Shown: positions 42,877 to 51,585, counted from the first letter of the stretch. The stretch: DNA of 64,000 nt from an uncultured Verrucomicrobiae bacterium (GCA_963815455.1 CAWFGO010000001.1:160001-224000); one strand, 5' to 3'. Numbers and translations are program-made. Notes: generated from the letters alone by a model not told the origin.

Positions 42877-44141
42877 AACGCGAAGCGTTCCAGTTTTTGC
42901 GCGAGCTCGGGCGGGACGTGGGCGACAACGAGGGTGTCGTTGTCTTCGTAACTCAATTCGAGCACGTGCCCGACACGATGGATCTCGGCGATAAGCGCGC
43001 TTTCGTTTGCCGGAATGCGGAAACGAGAACGCAATCGCCAGGAACCGAGCGCGCTTTCGAGAGCATGGACGAGATCGACGAGTCCCTCCCCGGTACGGGC
43101 GGAGATGGCGACGCTGCCTGGAAATCGCTTTAGATAGGTCTCGACCGGCTCACTGTCCTCCACCTTGTCGATTTTGTTAAAGACGATGAGCGTTTGCTTG
43201 CCGAACGCGTCAAGTTCCTTGATCACGCTGTCCACGGCTTCCATCTGCTCGTCCACGCGAGGATGGCTAAGATCGACAACGTGAATGAGCAGATCGGCTT
43301 CGCTCACCTCTTCGAGCGTCGCCTTGAACGATTCGATCAATGTGTGCGGCAATTTTCGCAAAAATCCCACCGTGTCCGTGAGCAAAACTCGCTGTTTGTT
43401 GGGCAAAACGAAACTGCGCGTGGTCGGATCGAGCGTAGCGAAAAGTCTGTTCTCGGCCACGACGTCCGAGCCGGTGAGCAGGTTCAGGAGCGTCGATTTG
43501 CCGGCGTTGGTGTAACCGACCACCGCGGCGACGGGCCATTGATGCCGTTTCCGGCCCTGTCGTTGCACGGCGCGCGTTTTGCGGACTTCTCCGAGCTCGC
43601 GCTCGAGACGCGCGATGCGTTCCTGCACACGACGGCGATCGACTTCCAACTGGGTTTCGCCCGGCCCGCGGGTGCCGATCCCGCCAGTTTGGCGGGAAAG
43701 GTGGTCCCACATGCGAGTGAGGCGCGGGAGCAAATATTGCAATTGGGCCAGCTCGATTTGCAAGCGGCCTTCCCGGCTGCGAGCCCGTTGCGCGAAAATA
43801 TCGAGAATCAGTTGGGTGCGATCGAGCACTTTTCGGGAAAGAAGAATTTCCAGGTTGCGCCCCTGGGCAGGAGAAAGTTCGTCGTCGAAGATGACCGAGG
43901 TCACTTGTCGATCTTGCATGGACTGCTTGATCCATTCCGCTTTGCCTTTGCCGATGTAATAAGGCGCGGTCGGCTTCTGAAGCTTTTGGGTAATGGTATC
44001 GACCACTTCAGCACCGGCGGAATTGGCCAGCTCGGCAAGTTCTTCCAGCGAATCGCGCAGGTCCCACTTCGAGACGCCGTCGTGTTCCAGGCCGATCAGG
44101 AGCGCGCGTTCGTGTGTTTTTTGCGGGCGAGTCTCAAACAT
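42873..44141 (-). CDS. hflX: Ribosome rescue GTPase HflX
   Basis: LILDIFAQRA, GPGETQLE, GYTNAGKST, LFATLDPT, DTVGF and NKID motifs. Confidence 0.97.
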   Translation of the reverse strand: MFETRPQKTHERALLIGLEHDGVSKWDLRDSLEELAELANSAGAEVVDTITQKLQKPTAPYYIGKGKAEWIKQSMQDRQVTSVIFDDELSPAQGRNLEILLSRKVLDRTQLILDIFAQRARSREGRLQIELAQLQYLLPRLTRMWDHLSRQTGGIGTRGPGETQLEVDRRRVQERIARLERELGEVRKTRAVQRQGRKRHQWPVAAVVGYTNAGKSTLLNLLTGSDVVAENRLFATLDPTTRSFVLPNKQRVLLTDTVGFLRKLPHTLIESFKATLEEVSEADLLIHVVDLSHPRVDEQMEAVDSVIKELDAFGKQTLIVFNKIDKVEDSEPVETYLKRFPGSVAISARTGEGLVDLVHALESALGSWRLRSRFRIPANESALIAEIHRVGHVLELSYEDNDTLVVAHVPPELAQKLERFAL

Positions 44142-45072
44142 TCCCTTGCGCTGAGGCCAGACGCGCCTTCAGCGAAATCCTTGCTTCGTTGTGAGTGAGA
44201 AGCGATAAATTCAGCGGCTCAAAATTAGTTTGGCGCCGGAACCAGGTCAACTGTCTTTTGGCGTAACGCCGCGTCGCTTGCTGAATCGCGGCCATGCATT
44301 GTTGGATCGACATTTTTCCGTCAAGCATTTCCCCGATTTCGCGTAAGCCGATCATCTGCGCAGCAGTCCCGCTCATCGCGCCGGCTGCGCGCACTTCTTC
44401 GATCACTCCTTTTTCGAACATGATCTCGACTCTGCGATTGATTCGCTGATAAAGGTCATCGCGATCGCGAAAGACGAAGACGCCGGTTGTAGCCGCGGGC
44501 GTTGACCGCGGCCGGCCGAGGTCGGTGCCCTCGGCTACAGCCCATTGGCCGCGCTGCTCGGACGCAGGCTGGCCGGTGGCGAGGCAAATCTCTAGGGCGC
44601 GTACAACTCGTCGACGGTTTTTCATGTCGATCTTGCGGACGGCTTCGGGATCAAGATTGCCCAGTTTGGAGCGCAACTCGTCAACGCTCAAGGCGTTCAA
44701 TCGCGCGCGCAGTTTTGGATCGACATCCGGCAGGGTCGCCAGGCCGTGGGTCAGCGCCTTGATATAGAGCCCGGTTCCGCCGACAACGATTGCTGATTTT
44801 CCACGCGAATGAATATCGGCAATCGCGTGCAGGGCAGCAGTGCGAAACTTTTCCGCGTTCATCTCTTCGAGGATCGACACCGTGCCGATTAGATGATGCG
44901 GCACTTTCGACAGCGTCACGGCGTCCGGTTTCGCCGTAAGCAAATCGAGGCCGCGATAGATTTGGAATGCATCCGCGCCGACAATTTCCGCGTTGAGCTC
45001 TGATGCAACATCGGCGGCCAGCTGGGATTTTCCGGTCGCAGTCGGGCCAACGATGTAGAAGGTGCGCCGCAT
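44134..45072 (-). CDS. miaA: tRNA dimethylallyltransferase, with an in-frame REPIN
   Basis: GPTATGKS, DAFQIYRG, VGGTGLY, RRVVRALEI and TRRYAKRQLTWF motifs. Confidence 0.95.
   Translation of the reverse strand: MRRTFYIVGPTATGKSQLAADVASELNAEIVGADAFQIYRGLDLLTAKPDAVTLSKVPHHLIGTVSILEEMNAEKFRTAALHAIADIHSRGKSAIVVGGTGLYIKALTHGLATLPDVDPKLRARLNALSVDELRSKLGNLDPEAVRKIDMKNRRRVVRALEICLATGQPASEQRGQWAVAEGTDLGRPRSTPAATTGVFVFRDRDDLYQRINRRVEIMFEKGVIEEVRAAGAMSGTAAQMIGLREIGEMLDGKMSIQQCMAAIQQATRRYAKRQLTWFRRQTNFEPLNLSLLTHNEARISLKARLASAQGNV
44489..44538. repeat. GTAG REPIN inside miaA
   Basis: GTAGCCGCGGGCGTTGACCGCGGCC-GGCCGAGGTCGGTGCCCTCGGCTAC. Confidence 0.88.
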
Positions 45073-45081
45073 TCATTAATT

Positions 45082-45164
45082 GTAGGGCGTTTCTGTGAAC
45101 CCCGAAAGCATTCGGGGCTGGCACAGAAACGCCCTACAAATCGACGGTCGGAGACCGCCGCTAC
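45082..45164. repeat. GTAG REP hairpin containing the 18-bp palindrome, plus a second REP arm
   Basis: GTAGGGCGTTTCTGTG..CCCCGAAAGCATTCGGGG..CACAGAAACGCCCTAC, then CGACGGTCGGAGACCGCCGCTAC. Confidence 0.8.
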
Positions 45165-45165
45165 A

Positions 45166-45211
45166 GAAACAAATCGGGAGACGCGCGCTTCGAAGCGCAA
45201 CGTCTCCCGAT
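45166..45211 (-). terminator. Putative intrinsic terminator of the RRM gene
   Basis: Stem ATCGGGAGACG/CGTCTCCCGAT followed on the minus strand by TTGTTTC. Confidence 0.5.
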
Positions 45212-45229
45212 CGAAATTGCCAGGCTCGG

Positions 45230-45727
45230 TTATTCCGAGTGATGTTCGCTCGACTTGGCGCCGCTCACCACCAGCTTGCGGCCGAGAAACTCCTTGTCGT
45301 GCAATTCTTCAACCGCCCGCTTCGCTTCCTCGACGGTCTGCATCTGGACAAAGGCGAAACCTTTCGAACGTTGATTGTGGCGATAACTCACCACCTCGGC
45401 GTTTTGCACATGGCCCACGCCGTTGAACAATTCGAAGAGATCGCTCTCGGTGGCGTCGAAGGACAAATTGCCGACGTAAAGACGCGGCGAACGAACTTCA
45501 ACCGATTCAGGCTTGCGCGGCGACCGCGACGGTTGCGAGCCGTTGCGCGCCACGACGGCGTGTTTCTTCGCGCTTTTTTCGTTTCCAAAAAATGCCGCGA
45601 CCCGCTGCCAGAATGTTTTCTTGGGCGCTGTTGGGCGTGCGTCTTGATAACGCCCCCGCCCCTCGCCCCTGCGTCGAGATCCGCCCCGCGGCCTGCGCGA
45701 GCGTCTCCCTGATGAATGAGAGTTCAT
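45230..45727 (-). CDS. RRM (RNP-1) RNA-binding protein with an Arg/Gly-rich N-terminal extension
   Basis: RNP2 LYVGNL and RNP1 KGFAFVQM. GAGG RBS. Confidence 0.92.
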   Translation of the reverse strand: MNSHSSGRRSRRPRGGSRRRGEGRGRYQDARPTAPKKTFWQRVAAFFGNEKSAKKHAVVARNGSQPSRSPRKPESVEVRSPRLYVGNLSFDATESDLFELFNGVGHVQNAEVVSYRHNQRSKGFAFVQMQTVEEAKRAVEELHDKEFLGRKLVVSGAKSSEHHSE

Positions 45728-45749
45728 AATGATCCTCAATATTTACCCA

Positions 45750-46016
45750 ATGATGTGATGGACGGAGCGCATCGGAAGATGCACGGTCCGCGGCGCGTCG
45801 CCCCCGAAGGGTCGATTCAAGCAAACTGCCAGCCCCACCATCTCGGGGCCGCGCCATTGGAAACTCCGTCTCGTTCTGTCGGGAACGAATTCGTCTCGAG
45901 CCGTAAAGCGCCAGAGTGAGCGAACGAAGCAGCGAAGATGCAAAATCCCGCATCATAATATTCAAAGCCTGGTATCGTCGTTAAGAGCGAACGGAATCGA
46001 TAACGATTCCCGACAG
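45750..46016 (-). ncRNA. Candidate structured leader or ncRNA upstream of the RRM gene
   Basis: 10-bp closing helix CTGTCGGGAA/TTCCCGACAG, several hairpins including a cUUCGg loop, and a promoter-like sequence just upstream. Confidence 0.45.
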
Positions 46017-46024
46017 TGGCGCAC

Positions 46025-46052
46025 ATTATCCGCGAAGCGCATGCGATTGCAA
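46025..46052 (-). promoter_or_regulatory. Putative sigma70 promoter
   Basis: TTGCAA-16 bp-GATAAT on the minus strand. Confidence 0.5.
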
Positions 46053-46100
46053 GCAAAAGAAGCCGGCTAGGCACAGTCAGTCCTTCAGCTCGCTTTCCTG

Positions 46101-46231
46101 GTCATCCTGAGCGAAGCGAAGGATCCCGCGAGGGCGGGCAACGCGCGCGAGCAACTTCTGCGACCCGGCCTTCAGTGTGGCTTGAATGTCCGCAATACGT
46201 AGGCGAGTTCCCTCGCTTCACTCGGGATGGC
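46101..46231. repeat. GTCAT...ATG(A/G)C palindromic element
   Basis: GTCATCCTGAGCGAAGCGAAGGATCCCGC...GCGAGTTCCCTCGCTTCACTCGGGATGGC. Confidence 0.8.
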
Positions 46232-46237
46232 AGCCTC

Positions 46238-47247
46238 TCATCGAGTAAACCGGTCTCGCAGGGAGTAGAATCGCGATTTCAAATACTGCCGCGGTCGTTC
46301 ATGCCGGATCGGTTTCATAAAATGTCTCAAGGCTCGCTCGCTCAACTGCGGCTCGTAACCGAATGCCGGCATCAGATCGCGGCAATGCCATTCCACCCAG
46401 CCGATTTCATCCTCCGATAAGTCACCCTGCCATCGCGTAAGCGGCTCGGCACTGATCTGGGTAAAGCGCGCCTCGGTGGCGGAATTACCCGCCCAGAATT
46501 TTCCAGCCTTGGTCGGGGTCAACACAATCTCCGGATCGTAGTCGATCTCGAGAAAGGCGCAGACTTTTTTCATCCAATCGGCTGTTTCGAGGACGAGCTT
46601 TTCATAGGGCACGACCAGCGTCGAGGAATCGCCTCCGTTCATCGCCGGCAAAGCGACTCTGGCGATTTCCCGCCAATGACTGATGCAGTAATAAGTGGAA
46701 AAGGTTCCCAGCCTTCTCGTTTTTTCCAAGGCGATCTGGGCCGCCAGAATGGCGCGGGGATCGCGGAGGGTGAGCAGGATCCTGGCATGCGGGAAACGGG
46801 AGCGAATGGCGGGAATACACCTGCGATTGGCCGGCGTCTTTTCGACCCAGCGCGCCACCGAATCGAGCGATCTTCCGAGCACAGCCGCGTAGGCCTGCAT
46901 CAGGATGACCAGCAAATCTTTTTCGGAGTTCGCTGGATCGAATGCCATCTGCTCGAAAGTCTGCAAAGACGCGCAGTTGGAAAATAGGAGTAATCGCGCT
47001 TCCCCCATTTGCAGGGACCACCAAAGAGAACATTCGAGAGCGATTGGGTGGTAATATAATCAAACTGGGCCCGCCGCCCTCGCGAGCCGTATTTGGTGAG
47101 AACCGTCGGGAAATAGGCGGTCTCTTCCGGAAGGACGAGCAGTTCCGGATGATTGTCGAGCAAGGCAACCAGCAGGGTCGTCCCCGACTTTGCCTGGCCG
47201 GCTATGAAACAAGCGCGCTGATCGAACGGCAAGTGGCTGGAATCCAT
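46238..47247 (-). CDS. PAPS-dependent sulfotransferase family protein (frameshift near 46970)
   Basis: FIAGQAKSGTTLL..LLDNHP, WVEKTP, LRDPRA and YEKLV motifs. Confidence 0.88.
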
Positions 47248-47418
47248 TGACCTGGAAAAGTAGCACAGCCGAGCCGTTTGCGGGTGTTTTGTCGGAACGC
47301 GCGCAGGTCCGGCTAGAACGGAAGAACCATCAAATAAGCGTAGCTATTTATTGGTCGATAAACTAACATCGGCATCCCTAATTTCCTCTCCGGAACGGAA
47401 CAAAAGCTAATTACTCGA

Positions 47419-49692
47419 ATGAAAAAGAAATCCCTGTCGCAATCCGCCTTCTTTAGTCGCAGAACCTTGATCGGTTTTGCCATTTGCCTTGCTGGCGTAA
47501 CCCTTGCCTTCCTTGGATTCGCCGCAAATCCGACAAAGTCTCCCATCGCACCGAAAGCACGACCGGACGATTCGCGCCGGCCGCAACCGGACGTGGTGCG
47601 AATGGTTGGTCCCGTCTCGCTCGATCGCGATCTTCGCACGCTTCCCTACATTCCTCAGGGTGGAGAAAATGACGAGGACATTCGGCTGACCCGGCATCCC
47701 CGTCTTAAGAGCGGCGCGCCGGAAAAGTTCGATCCGGTAATGGCGGTGCGGAAGCTGATGGCACCGATGGCCATGCCGACGCCGATTGCAACCTATGCGG
47801 GCATCGGTCGCCCGAATAATGGATGTAACTGCGTGCCGCCCGACACCAACGGCGATGTCGGCCCGAACCACTATATTCAGACCGTAAACTCGACGTTTAC
47901 GGTCCTCGACAAGTCCGGCAACGTCCTGGTCGCACCCACGACGTTTAACTCCCTTTTCGTTGCGATGGGTGCCACTCCCTGCGGCTTGAACCAAAACCAG
48001 GGCGACCCGGTGGCCTTTTACGATCACGTGGCCGATCGGTGGGTGATCAGCGATTTTGCTTTCCCCTCGTTTCCTGGTGTCTCGTTTTACCAGTGCTTCG
48101 CCGTCTCGAAGACAAGCGATCCGGTGGCGGGCGGCTGGTGGCTCTATTCGCTCCAGGTCGATCCGACGAATCCGAACTATTTGGGTGACTATCCGAAGTT
48201 CGGTCTTTGGCCCGATGCTTACTACATGACGGTTAACATGTTTGCGAACACCACCACATTTAATGGCGTGCGAGTTTACGCCCTTCCCCGCAACGACATG
48301 ATCAACGGCATCGGGGCGCCAAATCCTAATGCCGTCGCTTTTAGTATCGCGGCCGCCGACATTGGGGACACTTACAGTCTTGTTCCGGCCGGGTTTCGCA
48401 CGGGCAGCCCGCCCCCGGTTGGGACGCCGGAATACCTACTTTCCGTCGACAGCCCGGCTACGGGTGGCGTGACGCTGACTCAAGTGCACGCGTGGCGGTT
48501 TCATGTCGATTTTACCACCCCAGCCAACTCCACTTTTGGCGTCGGTGCCGGCCACACTCAGAATGCCGAGATTACCGTGGACGGTTTCGTGGACGCGTTT
48601 ACCGATTCGTCAAGCAGTCTGGTGCCGCAGCTGGGAACGACCCGGCTGCTCGACACGCTCGGGGACAAGATCATGTACCCGCTCGTCTATCAGAACCGAG
48701 GCGGCGTGGAATCTCTGTGGGCTGCGCAGACCGTAAACAACAATCAGGGCGGGACCGGCCCCATGGCGATTCGCTGGTATCAGTTCGATGTCACCGGCAG
48801 CACCATTCCCGCTGCACCGGTGCAGCAGCAAACGTTTAATAATGCGGCCGACGGGTTGTTCCGCTGGATGCCGAGCATCGCTGTGGACGCACAAGGTAAC
48901 ATGGTCATCGGTTATTCGACATCGAGTTCCACTGTCTCTCCTTCTATCCGTTATGCCGGCCGGTTGGCCAGCGACCCACCCAATTCTCTCGCCCAAGGCG
49001 AAGCAACCATGATCACGGGCGGGAGTCAGACTGGTGCCAGCCGCTGGGGTGATTACAGCATGTTGAGTATCGACCCGGCGGACAATTCCACCTTCTGGCA
49101 GACGCACGAATACTACGTCGCCACCAGCTCCTCGACCTGGGCCACGCGCATCGGCAAGTTCCGATTCCCGCCGGCGGCGCTCGCGATGGCATCGTCCGTT
49201 TCCCGTAAAGCCCACGGCGGCGCGGGCAGCTTCGACATCGCCCTGCCCGGCGTCGAATGTCGCAGTGGCGGCGTGGGCGGCGATTACACGTTTGTCTTTA
49301 CCTTCAATAACAACGTGACCAGCGGCACGGCCACGGTCGACACCGGTGTTGGCAGCGTCTCGGGTTCGCCCGTGTTTTCCGGCAACACAATGACCGTGAA
49401 TCTCACCGGGGTCGGCAACGCCCAAGTCCTGACTGTAAAACTGGCCGGCGTAACCGACGTTTTCGCCCAAGTGCTGCCGGATACACTGGTGAACGCCACC
49501 ATGTTGATCGGCGACACGAACGGCAATCATCTGGTCAACGGAACGGACGTCTCCCAAACCAAAGCGCAGCTTGGCCAACCTGTAACCGGCAGCAATTTCC
49601 GGACGGACGTAAATGCCAACGGCTCTGTCAATGGCACCGATGTATCCCAGGTGAAAGCGCACATCGGCGAAGGGGCTGGACCGGCGGAATAG
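47419..49692 (+). CDS. Secreted beta-rich protein with a C-terminal SRKAHG-dockerin module
   Basis: Signal-like N-terminus, PPDTNGDVGPNHY, DYPKFG, RWGDYS and dockerin repeats GDTNGNHLVNGTD/DVNANGSVNGTD. Confidence 0.82.
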   Translation: MKKKSLSQSAFFSRRTLIGFAICLAGVTLAFLGFAANPTKSPIAPKARPDDSRRPQPDVVRMVGPVSLDRDLRTLPYIPQGGENDEDIRLTRHPRLKSGAPEKFDPVMAVRKLMAPMAMPTPIATYAGIGRPNNGCNCVPPDTNGDVGPNHYIQTVNSTFTVLDKSGNVLVAPTTFNSLFVAMGATPCGLNQNQGDPVAFYDHVADRWVISDFAFPSFPGVSFYQCFAVSKTSDPVAGGWWLYSLQVDPTNPNYLGDYPKFGLWPDAYYMTVNMFANTTTFNGVRVYALPRNDMINGIGAPNPNAVAFSIAAADIGDTYSLVPAGFRTGSPPPVGTPEYLLSVDSPATGGVTLTQVHAWRFHVDFTTPANSTFGVGAGHTQNAEITVDGFVDAFTDSSSSLVPQLGTTRLLDTLGDKIMYPLVYQNRGGVESLWAAQTVNNNQGGTGPMAIRWYQFDVTGSTIPAAPVQQQTFNNAADGLFRWMPSIAVDAQGNMVIGYSTSSSTVSPSIRYAGRLASDPPNSLAQGEATMITGGSQTGASRWGDYSMLSIDPADNSTFWQTHEYYVATSSSTWATRIGKFRFPPAALAMASSVSRKAHGGAGSFDIALPGVECRSGGVGGDYTFVFTFNNNVTSGTATVDTGVGSVSGSPVFSGNTMTVNLTGVGNAQVLTVKLAGVTDVFAQVLPDTLVNATMLIGDTNGNHLVNGTDVSQTKAQLGQPVTGSNFRTDVNANGSVNGTDVSQVKAHIGEGAGPAE

Positions 49693-49765
49693 ACAGCTAA
49701 TGCCGGCCCTTCCGTCGCGACGCTCTCTGAGCGTCGGACGAAGAATGCGACGGTCGGCGACCGCG

Positions 49766-50731
49766 CTACAGCACAGGTTTGCCAGCGCTCTGCGTCTTCC
49801 GATACCATTCGACAAAGCGCGGCAGCCCGACGCTCAGTCGAGTGGTCGGCTTGTAGCCGAGCAGCCGTTTCGCTTTCGAAATGTCGGCGCAAGTTAGCGG
49901 GACATCGCCCGGTTGTTCCGGTAAGCGATTGATCTTCGCCTTTGCCCCAAGCGCGTTCTCGATCGCGGCGATTAAATCCTTGAGCTGAATCGTTTCACTC
50001 TCCCCGAGATTGAAGATATCGAACAACGGGCCGTCATAATCGATCGCCGCCATGGTACCCTGAATAATATCGTCGATGTAAGTATAATCCCGGCGCGTGG
50101 TGCCGTCGCCGAACTGGTCGATCGGCTGGCCTGCCTGAATTTTTCTGGTGAATTGATGGATCGCCAGATCGGGCCGTTGCCGCGGGCCGTAAACGGTAAA
50201 ATAACGAAGCGCGACCACCCGCATCTGGTAAAGATGCGAGAAGGTCGAGCAAAGAAATTCACCCGCGATTTTGGTCGCCGCGTAGGGACTGATGGTCTGG
50301 GTGAGGTGTTGATCTTCTGAAAACGGCACCGTTTTCGAGACTCCGTAAACCGATGAGCTCGACGCAAAGACGAATCGTTCCACGCCGGTCAAGCGGGCCG
50401 CTTCGAGCAGATGCAATGTGCCGTTCACATTCGTGTCGTAATAGAGCTGGGGATCCTGGATCGACGGGCGAACACCCGCGCGCGCGGCCAAATGCACAAT
50501 CACTTCAAATTTCTCGCCTTGGAACACCCCGCGCACCGCGCCGCTATCGCGAAGATCGACATGGTGAATGGCGACATCTTTCGCCACCGCGGCGATATTC
50601 TCCCGCTTGATTCGCGGATCGTAATAATCGTTGAAGTCGTCGAGGATGGAGACTTGATGCCCATCGCCGAGAAGTTTCTCGACAAGATGCGAGCCAATGA
50701 AACCCGCTCCGCCTGTGACCAGAATTTTCAT
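49766..50731 (-). CDS. NAD-dependent epimerase (UDP-glucuronate 4-epimerase-like)
   Basis: VTGGAGFIGSH, HLAARAGVRPS, ASSSSVYG, YAATK and RPDLA motifs. Confidence 0.9.
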   Translation of the reverse strand: MKILVTGGAGFIGSHLVEKLLGDGHQVSILDDFNDYYDPRIKRENIAAVAKDVAIHHVDLRDSGAVRGVFQGEKFEVIVHLAARAGVRPSIQDPQLYYDTNVNGTLHLLEAARLTGVERFVFASSSSVYGVSKTVPFSEDQHLTQTISPYAATKIAGEFLCSTFSHLYQMRVVALRYFTVYGPRQRPDLAIHQFTRKIQAGQPIDQFGDGTTRRDYTYIDDIIQGTMAAIDYDGPLFDIFNLGESETIQLKDLIAAIENALGAKAKINRLPEQPGDVPLTCADISKAKRLLGYKPTTRLSVGLPRFVEWYRKTQSAGKPVL

Positions 50732-50745
50732 CCAGCCAAGAGTTG

Positions 50746-50845
50746 AACCACGAAGGCCGCGAAGTGCACGAAGAAAATTTCGGATTTCTGCCCTGGTTGT
50801 CTTTTTCCATGCAGACTTCGTGTTCTTCGTGATCTTCGTGGTGAA
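50746..50845. repeat. Inverted pair of 9-bp tandem repeats (CACGAAGNN x3 / CTTCGTGNN x3)
   Basis: ACCACGAAGGCCGCGAAGTGCACGAAG ... CTTCGTGTTCTTCGTGATCTTCGTGGT. Confidence 0.8.
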
Positions 50846-50848
50846 ACA

Positions 50849-51499
50849 ATGAAAAAAGTCATCGCGCTCAGCGCTGCCGCGTTTCTCCTGGGATTCGTTG
50901 CCACGCTTTGGTTTCGGCTTTGGCCGGAATTAACGCGCCCGGCCCATGTCGATCCGGCGTTTCGGCTCCCCTCGCCTCTCGATCTGGCTTCATTGCCAAC
51001 CGCGACGCGATTCGATTTTCCGCTCGGCAGCGAAAACGGCGCGATGAGCTATAACGCGCAGCCATTTACCGAGAACCGTCATCTCGGCGACGATCTCAAC
51101 GGCATCGGCGGCGAAAACAGCGACTTGGGCGATCCGATCTTCGCCGTGGCCGATGGCCGCGTTTTATTGACCCGCGACGGCGGCCCGGGCTGGGGTAACG
51201 TGATCATCGTGCTGCATGCTTACATCGAAAATGGCGCGCGAAAATTTGTGCAGTCGTACTATGGGCATGTGCAGGAAATGCTCGTCCGGGCCGGCGACGA
51301 TGTTCGGCGTGGCCAGCAAATCGCGACCGTCGGCACCGCTAATGGCCGTTATCTGGCGCATCTACATTTCGAGATGCGCGAATTCACTATGCCGTTTATC
51401 GGTCCGGGTTATCGCGACGATACCAGCGGCTGGGTCGATCCCGCAGCCTTTATTCAATCACACCGTGGCGCCGCCGAGGACGACATAGGGAAACCGTAA
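50849..51499 (+). CDS. M23 family metallopeptidase
   Basis: HLGDD (HxxxD), YYGH and AHLHFEMR (HxH) motifs, with an N-terminal TM. Confidence 0.9.
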   Translation: MKKVIALSAAAFLLGFVATLWFRLWPELTRPAHVDPAFRLPSPLDLASLPTATRFDFPLGSENGAMSYNAQPFTENRHLGDDLNGIGGENSDLGDPIFAVADGRVLLTRDGGPGWGNVIIVLHAYIENGARKFVQSYYGHVQEMLVRAGDDVRRGQQIATVGTANGRYLAHLHFEMREFTMPFIGPGYRDDTSGWVDPAAFIQSHRGAAEDDIGKP

Positions 51500-51585
51500 G
51501 GTGGATCGACCGCTCCGCGGGCGATGCTAGACAAATGCGGCTTCGCCGCCTGATTTAACATCGCGCTCGGAGATCGCGATCCACC
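51500..51585. repeat. GGTGGATCG...CGATCCACC MITE-like element, copy 3
   Basis: Fills the space between two convergent stop codons. Confidence 0.8.

Noticed and set aside
45750..46016. RNase P RNA, tmRNA or SRP RNA
   Set aside because: The diagnostic sequences (GAGGAAAGTCC, tRNA-like GGGG...CCACCA ends, SRP GGAA-loop motif) were not found.
6494..47247. Programmed ribosomal frameshifts or recoding in the split genes
   Set aside because: The breaks occur in unrelated genes without a shared slippery site or stimulator. Sequencing indels are the simpler explanation.
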